Assembly: GCA_963702845.1 (NCBI GenBank)
Contig: OY969763.1
Span: 800,001-864,000, forward strand
Reading direction: 5' to 3'
DNA: 64,000 nucleotides
Source of the DNA: an uncultured Verrucomicrobiae bacterium
GTDB lineage: Bacteria > Verrucomicrobiota > Verrucomicrobiia > Limisphaerales > Palsa-1400
Under the pieces are notes generated by a model. It ran no database searches, was not told the DNA's origin, and saw only the letters and a program-made list of their open reading frames with translations. The position numbers and the translations under genes were made by a program. Positions 31,280-44,110 of the stretch are shown one piece after another. How positions within the stretch are numbered: position 1 is the stretch's first letter; the number at the start of each line of letters is the position of its first letter.

Positions 31280-32185
31280 CTAGGCGGTGAGTGGAACTGC
31301 CGTTAACCACATCTTCTCGCCAAAATGGGATTTGAATTTTTCCAGAATTTGGTCGGCAACCGATTGCGAATCGACGATGGCAAATGTCGCGGAACCGCTG
31401 CCGGACATCAAAGTAGTCAGGGCACCCTGTTCGCGAAAAAACTCCTGGAAGAGAACGAGCAGGGGATACTTCTTGAGTGCTGGTGCTTCGAGCGAGTTGT
31501 AAAATTCTTTACTGGCGTCAGCCATGTCCCCTTTGGCTAAAAGCCCCGCGAGTTTTTCAGCGCGACCGGGTTTTCCATTTTGAGCTTCGGGGAACTTTGA
31601 CATCTGCTGATAAGCCCATGGCGTGGAAATACCAAAGCCAGGATGAACCACAATAATGCTCTTGCCGCGCAAACAGGAAAACGAATCCAGCGGCCTGATT
31701 TGTTCGCCCCGGCCGACACCGATCGCAGGCCGGTTTTGAAGGAAGAACGGGATATCCGACCCGAGGGAAGCGGCAAGTTCGAACAGTTTATCGTTTGGCA
31801 ACGCCGTGCCAAAAACTTCGTTCATGCCCAGTAGCGTCACGGCTGCGTCACCGCTGCCGCCGCCAAGACCTGCGGCTGTTGGCACGTGCTTGTCTAGATG
31901 AATACGAACGCCGTCGCGAATACCAGCGGAGTTGCGGAAAAGGTCAGCCGCGCGATAGACGAGATTCTTTGAATCGACTGGGAGAGTGGGGTCGCTGCAC
32001 GTGAGCTGAATGCCGCTGCCTTTACGTTCAAACGTCAACCGATCGCAGATTGGGATCGGGTGCATGAGCGTTTCGAGCTCATGAAAGCCGTCGGGGCGCT
32101 TGCCCAAAAGATTGAGCAAGAAGTTGACCTTGCAGGGGGACTGTTTTTCGAGTGCCAACAAGGTGCGGAGTTTCCGCTGAATCAA
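31280..32185 (-). CDS. ispE: 4-diphosphocytidyl-2-C-methyl-D-erythritol kinase
   Basis: PCKVNFLL, DGFHEL, AAGLGGGSGDAA, LGSDIPFF, MSGSGS; true start may be TTG near 32158-32161. Confidence 0.95.
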   Translation of the reverse strand: MIQRKLRTLLALEKQSPCKVNFLLNLLGKRPDGFHELETLMHPIPICDRLTFERKGSGIQLTCSDPTLPVDSKNLVYRAADLFRNSAGIRDGVRIHLDKHVPTAAGLGGGSGDAAVTLLGMNEVFGTALPNDKLFELAASLGSDIPFFLQNRPAIGVGRGEQIRPLDSFSCLRGKSIIVVHPGFGISTPWAYQQMSKFPEAQNGKPGRAEKLAGLLAKGDMADASKEFYNSLEAPALKKYPLLVLFQEFFREQGALTTLMSGSGSATFAIVDSQSVADQILEKFKSHFGEKMWLTAVPLTA

Positions 32186-32625
32186 TTATCGAAAATACGG
32201 AACCGGCTGCCAGGAACAAATGGCACTATGTCGCCGCCGCCGAAGCCGAGGGCTGCGTCAGGTTGGACAAATTCATCGGCAATCCAGCGCGGACGATAGC
32301 TGTCGGGATAAACCGGCCATTCAGGACGATAGATCGGGCCGTAGTCTTTGGTGCACCAATCGTTCGGGAAAGGAGCGGTGGCCATTTCGTAGATGCCGAC
32401 GCCAGTGCGGGCGACGCTACGGTTGAAGCCGTGGAAAAATCCAGCGGTATAACCGGCTTCGGGGTTTTTCAGGACGACGGTTTGTTCCATCGAGCGGCGA
32501 ATTTCGCCCAAGCGGGTGAATTCAGTGACATTGGCGACGCCGCGACCAAATTTTCTTTCGGTTCCGGGAACAGAGCAACCCACGGCAAGAAAAGCGATTG
32601 CGAAAACAGACAGGAGGACTTTCAT
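32182..32625 (-). CDS. Lipoprotein, TIGR04073 (exosortase-system-associated)-like
   Basis: Lipobox LAVGC; KFGRGVAN...RTGVGIYEMATAPFP. Confidence 0.65.
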   Translation of the reverse strand: MKVLLSVFAIAFLAVGCSVPGTERKFGRGVANVTEFTRLGEIRRSMEQTVVLKNPEAGYTAGFFHGFNRSVARTGVGIYEMATAPFPNDWCTKDYGPIYRPEWPVYPDSYRPRWIADEFVQPDAALGFGGGDIVPFVPGSRFRIFDN

Positions 32626-32757
32626 ACTTGGCATATGTATCTTTGACAAATCTGACACGTCGCGGTGATTTGTCGAGACTTTTTGCGAAACGAATCAAGA
32701 ACAGACGGACACCGATAAACACAGATAACTTGCTCGGACGCGCCGCTCTGTTATTGA

Positions 32758-33321
32758 TTGGCCGTGCCTGGCAAGAAAGCAATTTTTCTGGACCGAGACG
32801 GGACGATTATCGTTGAAAGGGACTACCTGAAACGACCCGAAGATGTCGCCGTATTTCCCGGCGCGGGCAAGGCCTTGCGGTGGTTGGCCGATGCCGGTTT
32901 TGCCTTGATTATGGTGTCCAATCAATCCGGCGTGGGCCGCGGCTATTTCACCATGGCGGACGTCGAGGCGGTGAATGCGCGTTTGCTCGAGCTGTTGTCA
33001 GCAGAAGGCGCCAGATTTCAGAAGATATATATAGCACCAGAAGCGCCCGAGCAGCCGAGTCATGGGAGAAAACCATCGCCGGCATTTCTTTTTGATGCGC
33101 GGGACGAGTTCGGGATCGATTTGTTCCAAAGCTATATGGTCGGCGACAAAGAGATCGATTTGCAGTGCGGCTGGAACGCGGGTCTCAAAAAAAGCATTTT
33201 GGTTCGCACCGGGTATGGTAAACAAACAGAAGCAGCCGGGAAGGTTGGCGCGGGGATTGCAGTGGATGACTTGGCCGCTGCTGCCGATTGGATTTTGTCA
33301 GAATGCCGCATAGCCAAATAA
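32758..33321 (+). CDS. gmhB: D-glycero-D-manno-heptose 1,7-bisphosphate phosphatase (HAD-IIIA)
   Basis: FLDRDGTI, SNQSGVGRG, RKPSP, SYMVGDK. Confidence 0.85.
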   Translation: MAVPGKKAIFLDRDGTIIVERDYLKRPEDVAVFPGAGKALRWLADAGFALIMVSNQSGVGRGYFTMADVEAVNARLLELLSAEGARFQKIYIAPEAPEQPSHGRKPSPAFLFDARDEFGIDLFQSYMVGDKEIDLQCGWNAGLKKSILVRTGYGKQTEAAGKVGAGIAVDDLAAAADWILSECRIAK

Positions 33322-33334
33322 CTGAACTCAAAGA

Positions 33335-34123
33335 ATGAAAAAAATTATAATTCGACTCGTCCTCGCGGTCGCCGTCCTGCTGGTGTTGGTGTTGATCGTC
33401 GGCTGGATTTTCCTCGGCTCGATTGTCACAAAAGGCGTGAACACCGTTGGCCCAACCGTTACCAAGACAGACGTCCGGCTTGGCAGTGCGAATGTTTCAA
33501 TTTTATCCGGGAGCGCAACGTTAAAAAATCTGTTCGTTGGCAACCCCGAAGGCTACACCACGCCGTCGGCCATCAAAGCGGACAAAATCGCGGTTTCGCT
33601 CCAACCGATGTCCATCTTCGGTGACAAAATCGTAGTGAAGAGCGTCAATGTGCAGGCGCCGGATATCACTGTGGAAGGCGGCATCACCAAAAACAACCTG
33701 ACGAAGATCCTTGATAACACACAGGGCAGCGCCGATCAGGCTGAGGCAAAGAAAAACGAACCGAAAAGCGAAAAGAAAACCCCGACCGATAAGGCATCGC
33801 GGAAGATTGAAGTGGATGAGTTCGTCATCAGCGGGGCGAAGGTTCATTACAACGGCGGCGCGCTCACTGGTGGTAAAACGGTCACGGTTCCAATTCCTGA
33901 TATTCACCTGAGCAATCTCGGGACTGGTCCGGACGGAATAACTGCGGCGGATCTGACCAAACGCGTGATGGATGCCGTGGTTGCCTCGATCGGACCGGCC
34001 CTTACTAGCGCGGCTGGAAATGTGGGCAAGGAAGCGACTGGAATTCTGAAGGATGTTGGCAGCAAAGGCACATCTGGACTGACGAACGTGACCAAAGGCC
34101 TCAAAGGACTTTTCGGAAAGTAG
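33335..34123 (+). CDS. AsmA/DUF748-like membrane-anchored protein
   Basis: N-terminal TM helix, VGNPEGY, IPDIHLSNLG. Confidence 0.7.
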   Translation: MKKIIIRLVLAVAVLLVLVLIVGWIFLGSIVTKGVNTVGPTVTKTDVRLGSANVSILSGSATLKNLFVGNPEGYTTPSAIKADKIAVSLQPMSIFGDKIVVKSVNVQAPDITVEGGITKNNLTKILDNTQGSADQAEAKKNEPKSEKKTPTDKASRKIEVDEFVISGAKVHYNGGALTGGKTVTVPIPDIHLSNLGTGPDGITAADLTKRVMDAVVASIGPALTSAAGNVGKEATGILKDVGSKGTSGLTNVTKGLKGLFGK

Positions 34124-34124
34124 G

Positions 34125-36463
<2,339 letters not shown>

Positions 36464-37733
36464 ATGGGTTACAGCGAAGCCATTCAGTTTTTATACTCGT
36501 TGCGACGGTTTGGGGCGAAGCTTGGGTTGGATAACACACTCGCTCTCGCGGGCCTTTTCGGGAATCCGCAGAACAGATTCGAGGTTCATCCACGTCGCCG
36601 GCACCAACGGAAAGGGTTCAACCTGCGCCATGTTGGAATCAATCTACAGGGCAGCAGGTTTGAAGGTCGGACTGTTTACTTCCCCGCATCTGGTCTCGTT
36701 CCGCGAGCGTATTCAAGTAAACCGCGAGATGATTCATGAGAATGAGGTGGCGGTGCTTGTCGACGATTTAAAATTTCAGATTAAGAAACTCAAAACGCAT
36801 CCGACATTTTTTGAGGTGGTCACGGTCATGGCGTTGCGATATTTCGCCACCAAAAAGTGCGACATCGTCATCTGGGAGACAGGGCTTGGTGGACGGTTGG
36901 ACTCGACAAACATTGTCACTCCCATGGCGAGTGTTATCACCAACGTGCAACTCGATCATCAACAATGGCTCGGTAACACCATCCCGGAAATCGCGCGAGA
37001 GAAGGCTGGGATTATCAAGCCTGGCGTGCCGTGTTTTACCGCGGCAGAAGACGAAGCCGCGTTGCAAACAATTGCTCAGGTCGCTGCGCGCAATAACTCG
37101 GCCTTTTGGACGGTGTCGCAGAGCGAAGCGGAGAAAATCCGAAAACTGGGAATTCCGCTTCTTGGTGAGCATCAGCTCTTGAATGCCGCATTAGCCGCTG
37201 CGGTGGTGCGGTTGCTTGGCAATCAAATTTCTGTTTCTGAGCAGGCGATCGCCGACGGATTAAAACAGACGAAGTGGCCGGGGCGCTTTCAGGTGGTACA
37301 ACGAGGGGAGCAAACAATCGTGCTGGATGGCGCCCACAATCCTGCGGGAGCAGCGACTCTCGCCCAGGCGCTCAAACAGCATTTTTCGGGTGCAGAACTG
37401 ACCTTGGTTCTTGGCGCGATGGAAGACAAGGACGTCCGCTCGATTTGCGCAATCCTTGCTCCGTTGGCAAAAAAAATTGTCGTCACCAGAGTTGGAAGCG
37501 AGCGTGCTGCGAATCCGGTTGCGTTGTTTGATTGTTGCCAAAAATCGAACACGACAGCCGACGTAAAATCGACAGACAGCCTTGCTGCAGCTCTGAATTT
37601 GACGCAGCAGGACAAAGTTGTCGTCGTGACCGGTTCGTTGCATTTCATCGGTGAAGCTTTGGAATTACTCCGCCTGAGCGATGCTCCGTCAGAACGCGAG
37701 CTGAACGAATATATGCCCGCGCCGCAGCGATGA
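36464..37733 (+). CDS. folC: Folylpolyglutamate synthase/dihydrofolate synthase with a 1-nt insertion frameshift near 36580
   Basis: First frame MGYSEAIQFL...GNPQNR; second frame RFIHVAGTNGKGST, ETGLGGRLDSTN, WPGRFQ, LDGAHN. Confidence 0.88.
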
Positions 37734-38383
37734 TTTTTGGCCGTGACATTCGAGCGATGACATTCGATGTCGGCGGAACTTTGATTGAACCATATCCGAG
37801 CGTCGGCCACGTGTATTCAGAAGTGGCCGCTCGCCACGGTGTCTACGTTGAGCCTGATGTGTTGAACGCCCGTTTCGCCGCCGCCTGGAAAGCCAGGAAA
37901 GACTTTGGTCACAGCATGCGCGACTGGTCCAACCTCGTTGACGTCACATTTTCCGGTCTGGCCGAACCGAGCCGCACCTTCTTCCCCGATCTGTACGCGG
38001 CTTTCATCAAATCAGCAGTATGGCACATTTTCGACGACGTCCTGCCAACGCTAGAACACTTGCAGAAAAACGGCATGAGACTCGCAGTCATTTCCAATTG
38101 GGACGAACGCCTCCGCCCTTTGCTCGCGGCGTTGGACTTGGCCCGCTTTTTTGAAGCGACCATCGTCTCGATCGAGGTCGGGATGGCAAAGCCCGACAGG
38201 AAAATATTCGAAGCCGCCAGCCAGCAATTGCAGTTGGCCCCTTCGCAAATCCTCCACATCGGCGACAGCCAAAACGAAGATTTAACAGGGGCTCGACAAG
38301 CCGGCTTCAACGCTATCCTCATCGAGCGAGGTCAGTCACCCGTTCCCGGTGAACAGGTCTCATCCCTGCTTCAAGTGATCTGA
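37730..38383 (+). CDS. HAD-IA family hydrolase
   Basis: FDVGGTL, ISNWDER, KPD, HIGDS..DL.GA. Confidence 0.88.
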   Translation: MIFGRDIRAMTFDVGGTLIEPYPSVGHVYSEVAARHGVYVEPDVLNARFAAAWKARKDFGHSMRDWSNLVDVTFSGLAEPSRTFFPDLYAAFIKSAVWHIFDDVLPTLEHLQKNGMRLAVISNWDERLRPLLAALDLARFFEATIVSIEVGMAKPDRKIFEAASQQLQLAPSQILHIGDSQNEDLTGARQAGFNAILIERGQSPVPGEQVSSLLQVI

Positions 38384-38402
38384 TTGCTTCTCGCAGGGCT
38401 GC

Positions 38403-38630
38403 TTAATGTGAATGAGGCTTGCCGGTGCCACACATCCCGCAAGAACGCGGTTTACCAGAGCAGGACGGCGCGGCAGCTTCGGCGGGGACGCTCGATGCGA
38501 ACACCGATAGTTTTTTGGAAAGCTTTTTCGAGCCACATTTCGGGCAGGGCGTTCCTTCCCATTTACTGGAGCGAACCAGGATTTCACTATCAACACCGCA
38601 CTTTTCGCAATGAAACTCGTAGATAGGCAT
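38403..38630 (-). CDS. FmdB-family zinc-ribbon protein
   Basis: MPIYEFHCEKCG...CPKCGS. Confidence 0.88.
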   Translation of the reverse strand: MPIYEFHCEKCGVDSEILVRSSKWEGTPCPKCGSKKLSKKLSVFASSVPAEAAAPSCSGKPRSCGMCGTGKPHSH

Positions 38631-38691
38631 AAATCAAAACCTGGGTTGATGGTATGCCCGCAGCTCCTGTAGTGCGAGAAAATTGGACGGC

Positions 38692-39249
38692 TCAATCTTC
38701 GCTAAAACCGCGGCCAATTAAAAGTTGTCGTGCCTTATCCGCTGCGCCGGCAAGCGTCAATCCGTTATTCGTCGCGTCGATCGTGTCCGCTTTGTCGTAG
38801 ACAATGGCACCGCGATAATCGAACGAATACGCGCCGGCAAGCCCTGATGGAACATAGGCATCAGAGCCGCCGACAATAAACGTCAATGGGCTCGAGATCG
38901 GCTGCGAACCGCCGACGTTCAGCCAATTATTGACGCCTCTCGCGTTGAGGCCTTCGCCAGCGCCGGCTTTGATCTGAAGAACGGTTCTAAAACCACTGCT
39001 CGAATATTGAACTGTCGAAATTTTGTGGTCCGGTTGTTCCACCTTGAACCGTTTGCTTTTGACGTCAGCAGAAATAAACATCAGGTCGCCTGTTGAACTA
39101 TCGACCAAAGTAAACCCGGTGAAATTGCGAACCATGGCCCGTCCGCCGCCGGTGACGGTCACGGAGAGAGTCTGTTTATAAAACAGAATGGTGGCATTTG
39201 CGCAGTGTGCGAACCCGAGGCACAGCAGCAGAAAAAACATCCTTTTCAT
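38692..39249 (-). CDS. Hypothetical secreted protein
   Basis: Signal peptide MKRMFFLLLCLGFAHCANA. Confidence 0.65.
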   Translation of the reverse strand: MKRMFFLLLCLGFAHCANATILFYKQTLSVTVTGGGRAMVRNFTGFTLVDSSTGDLMFISADVKSKRFKVEQPDHKISTVQYSSSGFRTVLQIKAGAGEGLNARGVNNWLNVGGSQPISSPLTFIVGGSDAYVPSGLAGAYSFDYRGAIVYDKADTIDATNNGLTLAGAADKARQLLIGRGFSED

Positions 39250-39394
39250 ACAATTTGATTTACTCAAACGCCAACAAAAGCGTCCATCGGGCCAGTTACG
39301 CGTAACACGGTAAATCGTTTTGCCAACATCTCATCCGCGTTTTCACCGTGCGGCCATAGTTGAAAACTCCGGCGGCATCTGTTCTGATGACTAC

Positions 39395-40156
39395 GTGCAA
39401 AAGGCTGACCTGTTCAAAATTGTTGAGCACTGCGATAAAACATTTCGCGCGGATACTTTCACCGATTACGACGGCGCGGTGAATGGCTTACAGGTAGAGA
39501 ATTCCGGTGTAGTGAGCAGGATTGCGGCGACGGTTGATGCTTCTTTGGCGACGGTCCGGATGGCCGTTGAAGCCGGTGCAGATTTACTCATCGTGCATCA
39601 TGGGCTGTTTTGGTCTCCGACCGTTCCATGGACAGGCCGGCGCTATGAACTGCTCGATTTGTTAATCAGCAATAATGTCGCTGTTTACAGCATGCACCTG
39701 CCGTTGGACGCGCACCGCACGCTTGGAAACAACGCGTTACTTTGTTCCACCCTGGGCTTCAAAAATCTGAAGCCGTTCTTTTTCGAAAAAGAACAGTTTC
39801 TCGGCTATCGCACCGACACGAAGATTTCCCGGAAGGAACTTTCTCAAAAGCTCACTAAAGCTTTGGGACGCGCTCCGATACTGTTGCCCGGCGGCAACGA
39901 GCGTTGTGAGCGCATTGGGGTGGTGACCGGTGGCGCGGGAGGCCAGTTAAAAAAAGCTGCAGCCGAAGGTGTGGACACCTTCATTACTGGTGAAGGCCCG
40001 CACTGGACTTATGCCCTCGCGGAAGAGTTGCGCATCAACGTGTTTTATGGCGGACACTACGCGACTGAAACTTTTGGCGTCAAAGCATTGGCCGCAGAGC
40101 TCGCGAAGAAATTCCGGTTGTCGTGGTCCTTTCTCGATCATCCCACGGGTCTATAA
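39395..40156 (+). CDS. Nif3-like dinuclear metal centre protein
   Basis: NGLQVE, IVHHGLFW, HLPLDAH..GNN, ITGE, GGHYATE; GTG start inferred. Confidence 0.92.
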   Translation: MQKADLFKIVEHCDKTFRADTFTDYDGAVNGLQVENSGVVSRIAATVDASLATVRMAVEAGADLLIVHHGLFWSPTVPWTGRRYELLDLLISNNVAVYSMHLPLDAHRTLGNNALLCSTLGFKNLKPFFFEKEQFLGYRTDTKISRKELSQKLTKALGRAPILLPGGNERCERIGVVTGGAGGQLKKAAAEGVDTFITGEGPHWTYALAEELRINVFYGGHYATETFGVKALAAELAKKFRLSWSFLDHPTGL

Positions 40157-40328
40157 CGCCTGTTTGAGAGCTCCCTCCGGATCGACGGCAAAACGTCACA
40201 CAACCGTCAGTTGCAAAAATCCCCGATGGCAGTATCAGATTATTGATGTTGATAAAAAAGGACGGCCACCTTATTGCGCGATGAGGCAGGCGTTCTTTAT
40301 AGTTGGCCGCTGACTTTGAGAGGACGCT

Positions 40329-40586
40329 ATGAGTAAACAAACGAAAACTTTTACAGAACCCACCGATCACGAAATCGCTGCATACGCTTACAAACTCTGG
40401 GAGGCTGAAGGCCGTCCCGCAGGACACGATCTTGACCATTGGTTGCAAGCCAAAGCGCACCTGACCGCCGACCGCCAATACGAAGCTGGCGTGCTTGGCT
40501 CGCCGACGGCGAGCCGTGAAGCGGAGGCCAAGAAAAAGCGGACGCAGAATGGCCGCTCGACGCCGCGCCAACCGGCTTACGCGTAA
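40329..40586 (+). CDS. DUF2934 domain protein
   Basis: EIAAYAYKLWEAEGRPAGHDLDHWLQA. Confidence 0.85.
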   Translation: MSKQTKTFTEPTDHEIAAYAYKLWEAEGRPAGHDLDHWLQAKAHLTADRQYEAGVLGSPTASREAEAKKKRTQNGRSTPRQPAYA

Positions 40587-40606
40587 ACGCGACCTTTGAC
40601 TCGATC

Positions 40607-40635
40607 AAAAAGCGCGCCTGCTGGTGCGCTTTTTT
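40607..40635. terminator. Bidirectional intrinsic terminator
   Basis: AAAAAGCGCGCC-TGCT-GGTGCGCTTTTTT between convergent genes. Confidence 0.8.
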
Positions 40636-40690
40636 ATTGTCGCCAGCATCCGGGGTTCATGACCGCTTTAAGGGTTGCGGCTCGACTCAG

Positions 40691-41458
40691 CTATTTGCTG
40701 ATGCCGCGCTCGCTCTTGCGAATGAAATCGACGAGGTGCTTCAATTCGGGCAGTGGCGGCAATTCTGATTCGATTTTCGCCAACGCGTTTGAATTCGTTA
40801 GTCCATCGCGAAACAGCATCTTATAAGCATGTTTCAAACATACCTGTGCTTCTTCCGAAACGCCGTTCCGTTCCATCCCGATTTTGTTAACCGTGCGCGT
40901 TTCGGCAGGGTTGCCGTCGGCTAGCATAAAAGGAGGCACGTCCTGGACGACTTTTGAGCAGCCGCCAATGATTGCCATTTTCCCAAGCCGACAAAATTGA
41001 TGCACTGCGGCGAGACCGCCGATGATGACGTAGTCTTCAACGATGATGTGCCCGGCGAGGGTGGCGACGTTCGACATCACAACATGATTTCCGAGGGTGA
41101 CGTTGTGGGCGATATGGCAGTAGGCGAGGATGTGGTTGTTGGAACCGACTCTGGTTACTTCACCATCGCCCGTCGCGCTGTTCACCGTCACGTATTCGCG
41201 AAACGTATTGTTGTCACCGATCTGTGTGCGGGTGATGCCGCCTTTCCATTTCAAATCCTGCGTTTTGAACCCGATACTCGCGAACGGAAAAATTTCATTA
41301 TTCTCGCCCAGCGTCGTGTGCCCGTCCATGACCACATGCGAGTGCAGCTTGCAGTTTTTTCCGAGAACGACGTTCTCGCCAATAACGCAGTAAGGCCCGA
41401 TGGAACAGCCGGGCCCAATCTTTGCATCAGGATGAATTACTGCTGTGGGAGCGATCAT
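40691..41458 (-). CDS. lpxA: UDP-N-acetylglucosamine O-acyltransferase
   Basis: Hexapeptide repeats, QDLKW, FREYVT, HIAHN, LAGH, VHQFCR. Confidence 0.96.
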   Translation of the reverse strand: MIAPTAVIHPDAKIGPGCSIGPYCVIGENVVLGKNCKLHSHVVMDGHTTLGENNEIFPFASIGFKTQDLKWKGGITRTQIGDNNTFREYVTVNSATGDGEVTRVGSNNHILAYCHIAHNVTLGNHVVMSNVATLAGHIIVEDYVIIGGLAAVHQFCRLGKMAIIGGCSKVVQDVPPFMLADGNPAETRTVNKIGMERNGVSEEAQVCLKHAYKMLFRDGLTNSNALAKIESELPPLPELKHLVDFIRKSERGISK

Positions 41459-41892
41459 GGGAACATTGCGGATTGCGGATTGCGAATTACGGATTGCGTT
41501 TTCGTTCCGACAGCAGCCCGCGTATTTTGCACGGCACTTTTCAATCGCAATTTTGTTGTGTTAATCGAAGCAGTTGTCATTGCCAGTATCTCGCCTGCTT
41601 CCTTGCGTAAATTTGCAGCTGATTTTAGATTCACCTGTCCCGATTCAACCAACAGTTCAATCCAATACATCGATTCGTCTGATTCTTCTTCAACATCACC
41701 CATTTTTGATATGAAGTGTGTGGGCGACTTGGCCCGAAAAGTGGCCCGGTAATTAGCTCCGACGGACGTTCCGCTACGTAGCAATTGATTTCCAATGACG
41801 CGCGACACTTTGGTGTCGGTCAGAACTTGAGTGAAGCTGATAATCTTCAAAGCAAACGCTTTTGTCCGGCGCTTGAAATCATCAGAGTTCAT
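41455..41892 (-). CDS. Four-helix-bundle protein (23S rRNA IVS protein / TIGR02436-like)
   Basis: QLLRSGTSVGANYR...FISKM..VEEESDESMYWIELL; flanked by heptamer repeats. Confidence 0.9.
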   Translation of the reverse strand: MNSDDFKRRTKAFALKIISFTQVLTDTKVSRVIGNQLLRSGTSVGANYRATFRAKSPTHFISKMGDVEEESDESMYWIELLVESGQVNLKSAANLRKEAGEILAMTTASINTTKLRLKSAVQNTRAAVGTKTQSVIRNPQSAMFP

Positions 41893-41936
41893 AAAGCTGA
41901 GTTCAAAATTCGCAATCCGAAATCTGCAATTCGCAA

Positions 41937-43292
41937 TCAACGATCGATTAGCATGAACGTCACTTCGGCTTCGCTGACTGCTTCGCCGTCGACCAAACAT
42001 TTACCTTTTGCTTTGCCGATTTTGCCGCGTGACTTGGTCAGTTCGACGTCGATGACCAGACTGTCACCGGGCCGGACTGGCTTGCGCCATTTTACATCTT
42101 CGGCCGCCATAAAGTAAGCGAGTTTGCCGAAATTTTCTGCCTGTTTCAGCATCAGGATTCCCGCGACCTGCGCGATGGCCTCGAGTTGGAGCACGCCCGG
42201 CATGATCGGATGATTCGGGAAATGGCCCTGAAAATAGGGTTCGTTGGCGGTGACGTTTTTGACGCCGACGATCCGGTTGCCTTCGATCTTCGTGACTTTG
42301 TCCACCATCAGGAACGGATAGCGATGGGGAAGGATTTTCATCAACTGCGTGATATCCAGCACGGCGCCATCTTGAATGAGGGGCGCTTCATCAGCAGATT
42401 TCGCGGCGACAGGCTTTTGCGGCGGTGGTGGCGGTGCGAAGGTCTGAGCTTTTTCCAGCGGCTTGCGCATCTGCGCGATGATCTGTTTTGCGAGTTCGCA
42501 ATTGGCGCTGTGGCCCGGGCGGACGGCAATGATGTGTCCACGAATCGGGCAGCCAACCAATGAAAGGTCGCCGATGATATCGAGCATTTTGTGCCGAACA
42601 AATTCGTCCGGGTAACGCAATGGTTCGGTGGTAAGGATGGCGTCGTCGCGAATGACCACTGCATTTTCAAGGCTGCCACCTTTAATCAGACCGTTCTTGA
42701 TGAGAAACTCGATTTCTTCGAAGAAACAAAATGTGCGTGCGTGCGAGAGTTCGCGCTCCCAACTTTCGGGCGTGATCTCGAGGCTGTAAAACTGAGTGAA
42801 GCGCGATTTTTTGTCGGCGCTGGTACACGTGATTTTTAGGCCGTCGTGTGGGAAAACCGAAATGGTAGCGTCGCCGGATTCCAACATGATCGGTTCTTTG
42901 ATGCCAAAACTTTCGCGCGGCTCGCTTTGGGCCTGGATGCCGGCGGTCTCCAACATCTTCATGTATTGCCGCGCGCTGCCATCGCCGATAGGCGGTTCGT
43001 TGGCATCGATTTCGACGATCGCATTATCAACTCCGCGTCCGGCGAATGCAGCGAGGACGTGTTCGACGGTGTGAATCTTCGCGTTGCCTTTGGAAAGGGA
43101 TGTCGAGCGATTGGTGGTGCTAACGTAATCGACCTTTGCTTCGATCTCGGGTTTGCCTTCCAGATCGACACGGCGGAAACGGATGCCGGTGTTGGGCGGC
43201 GCGGGCAAAAACGTCATATTGACGCGATTACCACTGTGCAGGCCGATGCCGGAGAAACTCGCTGGTTGACGCAGAGTTTGTTGATGTAACAC
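41937..43292 (-). CDS. lpxC: Bifunctional LpxC/FabZ
   Basis: GIGLHSG, HTVEHVL, ARTF, HKMLDIIGDL, then LPHRYPFLMVD, FQGHFP, MPGVLQLEA; GTG start inferred. Confidence 0.96.
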   Translation of the reverse strand: MLHQQTLRQPASFSGIGLHSGNRVNMTFLPAPPNTGIRFRRVDLEGKPEIEAKVDYVSTTNRSTSLSKGNAKIHTVEHVLAAFAGRGVDNAIVEIDANEPPIGDGSARQYMKMLETAGIQAQSEPRESFGIKEPIMLESGDATISVFPHDGLKITCTSADKKSRFTQFYSLEITPESWERELSHARTFCFFEEIEFLIKNGLIKGGSLENAVVIRDDAILTTEPLRYPDEFVRHKMLDIIGDLSLVGCPIRGHIIAVRPGHSANCELAKQIIAQMRKPLEKAQTFAPPPPPQKPVAAKSADEAPLIQDGAVLDITQLMKILPHRYPFLMVDKVTKIEGNRIVGVKNVTANEPYFQGHFPNHPIMPGVLQLEAIAQVAGILMLKQAENFGKLAYFMAAEDVKWRKPVRPGDSLVIDVELTKSRGKIGKAKGKCLVDGEAVSEAEVTFMLIDR

Positions 43293-43369
43293 GCGAGAAT
43301 AAAACAGTGCAGGGCTAGCTTTGGCAAGCGGCGAAACCGGCCGCACGGTAACGCAAAAAAAGTCGCGGG

Positions 43370-43780
43370 AATGTTGCTACTAGTTGCTACAATTAGCTAC
43401 TAACGGCAACTGGTAGCGATTTTGTAGCTACTTTCACTCATCTTAAAAGCGGCCCGCGCGGAGCGACGGCCCTACCAGAGCCCCTTCGGATTTTGCGGAG
43501 TCTTACGGAATTTTGCGGAAAGATGCGTTATTTCGCAGTGAAAACGCGGTGTTTTTTGGTGTCTGCCATCGGCGTATGCGCCTCATCCACAGGGGGCAAC
43601 GCATGAACCAAGCTCTTTTTGAGGGGGTGGGTCTTTTTTAACCGCAACTATCCGTAACTCTCCGAAACTCGTTTTGAATTCGAAAACACAAGTTCCGAAT
43701 TAATAACGAATTAGCGCAATCCGCCCAAACTGGACACAAATGAAAACATTTGGACCAATTTAGCGACAACCAAACTCAAC
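43370..43780. repeat. Non-coding cluster of short repeats with about 10 bp period
   Basis: GCTAC-like x5, CGGA x4, CCG(C/T/A)AACT x3, CGAATTA x2. Confidence 0.65.
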
Positions 43781-44110
43781 CCTGATCGACAGATATTTGT
43801 CTGCATTTCAAAGAGCTTCCGCCTTCGCGCAAGGCTACGGCGCGACTGTGCCGCCTTCTGACGGGCGGCCGGGACATGCATCCATCCAGTAAGAGGAGCA
43901 GGCCCACGCCGACGCTTTGGTCGGCATTGAATGTTGTAGTGTGAAGGGGCTTACTTTGCAAGTATGAAGGGCTTGCCGATAAGCTCTTAGGTCAGGCTGT
44001 GGTAGTTGTCCTGATGAGCACTGACATGGATGTCTGATGGTAATGCATGAAGACCGAGTCGATATAAACGAAGTGCGAAAAGAACAGGTCCAAAATGAAA
44101 GGCAGTTAAA

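Noticed and set aside
41455..41892. Diversity-generating retroelement (Avd-like fold)
   Set aside because: No reverse transcriptase and no TR/VR pair with adenine-specific differences was seen.
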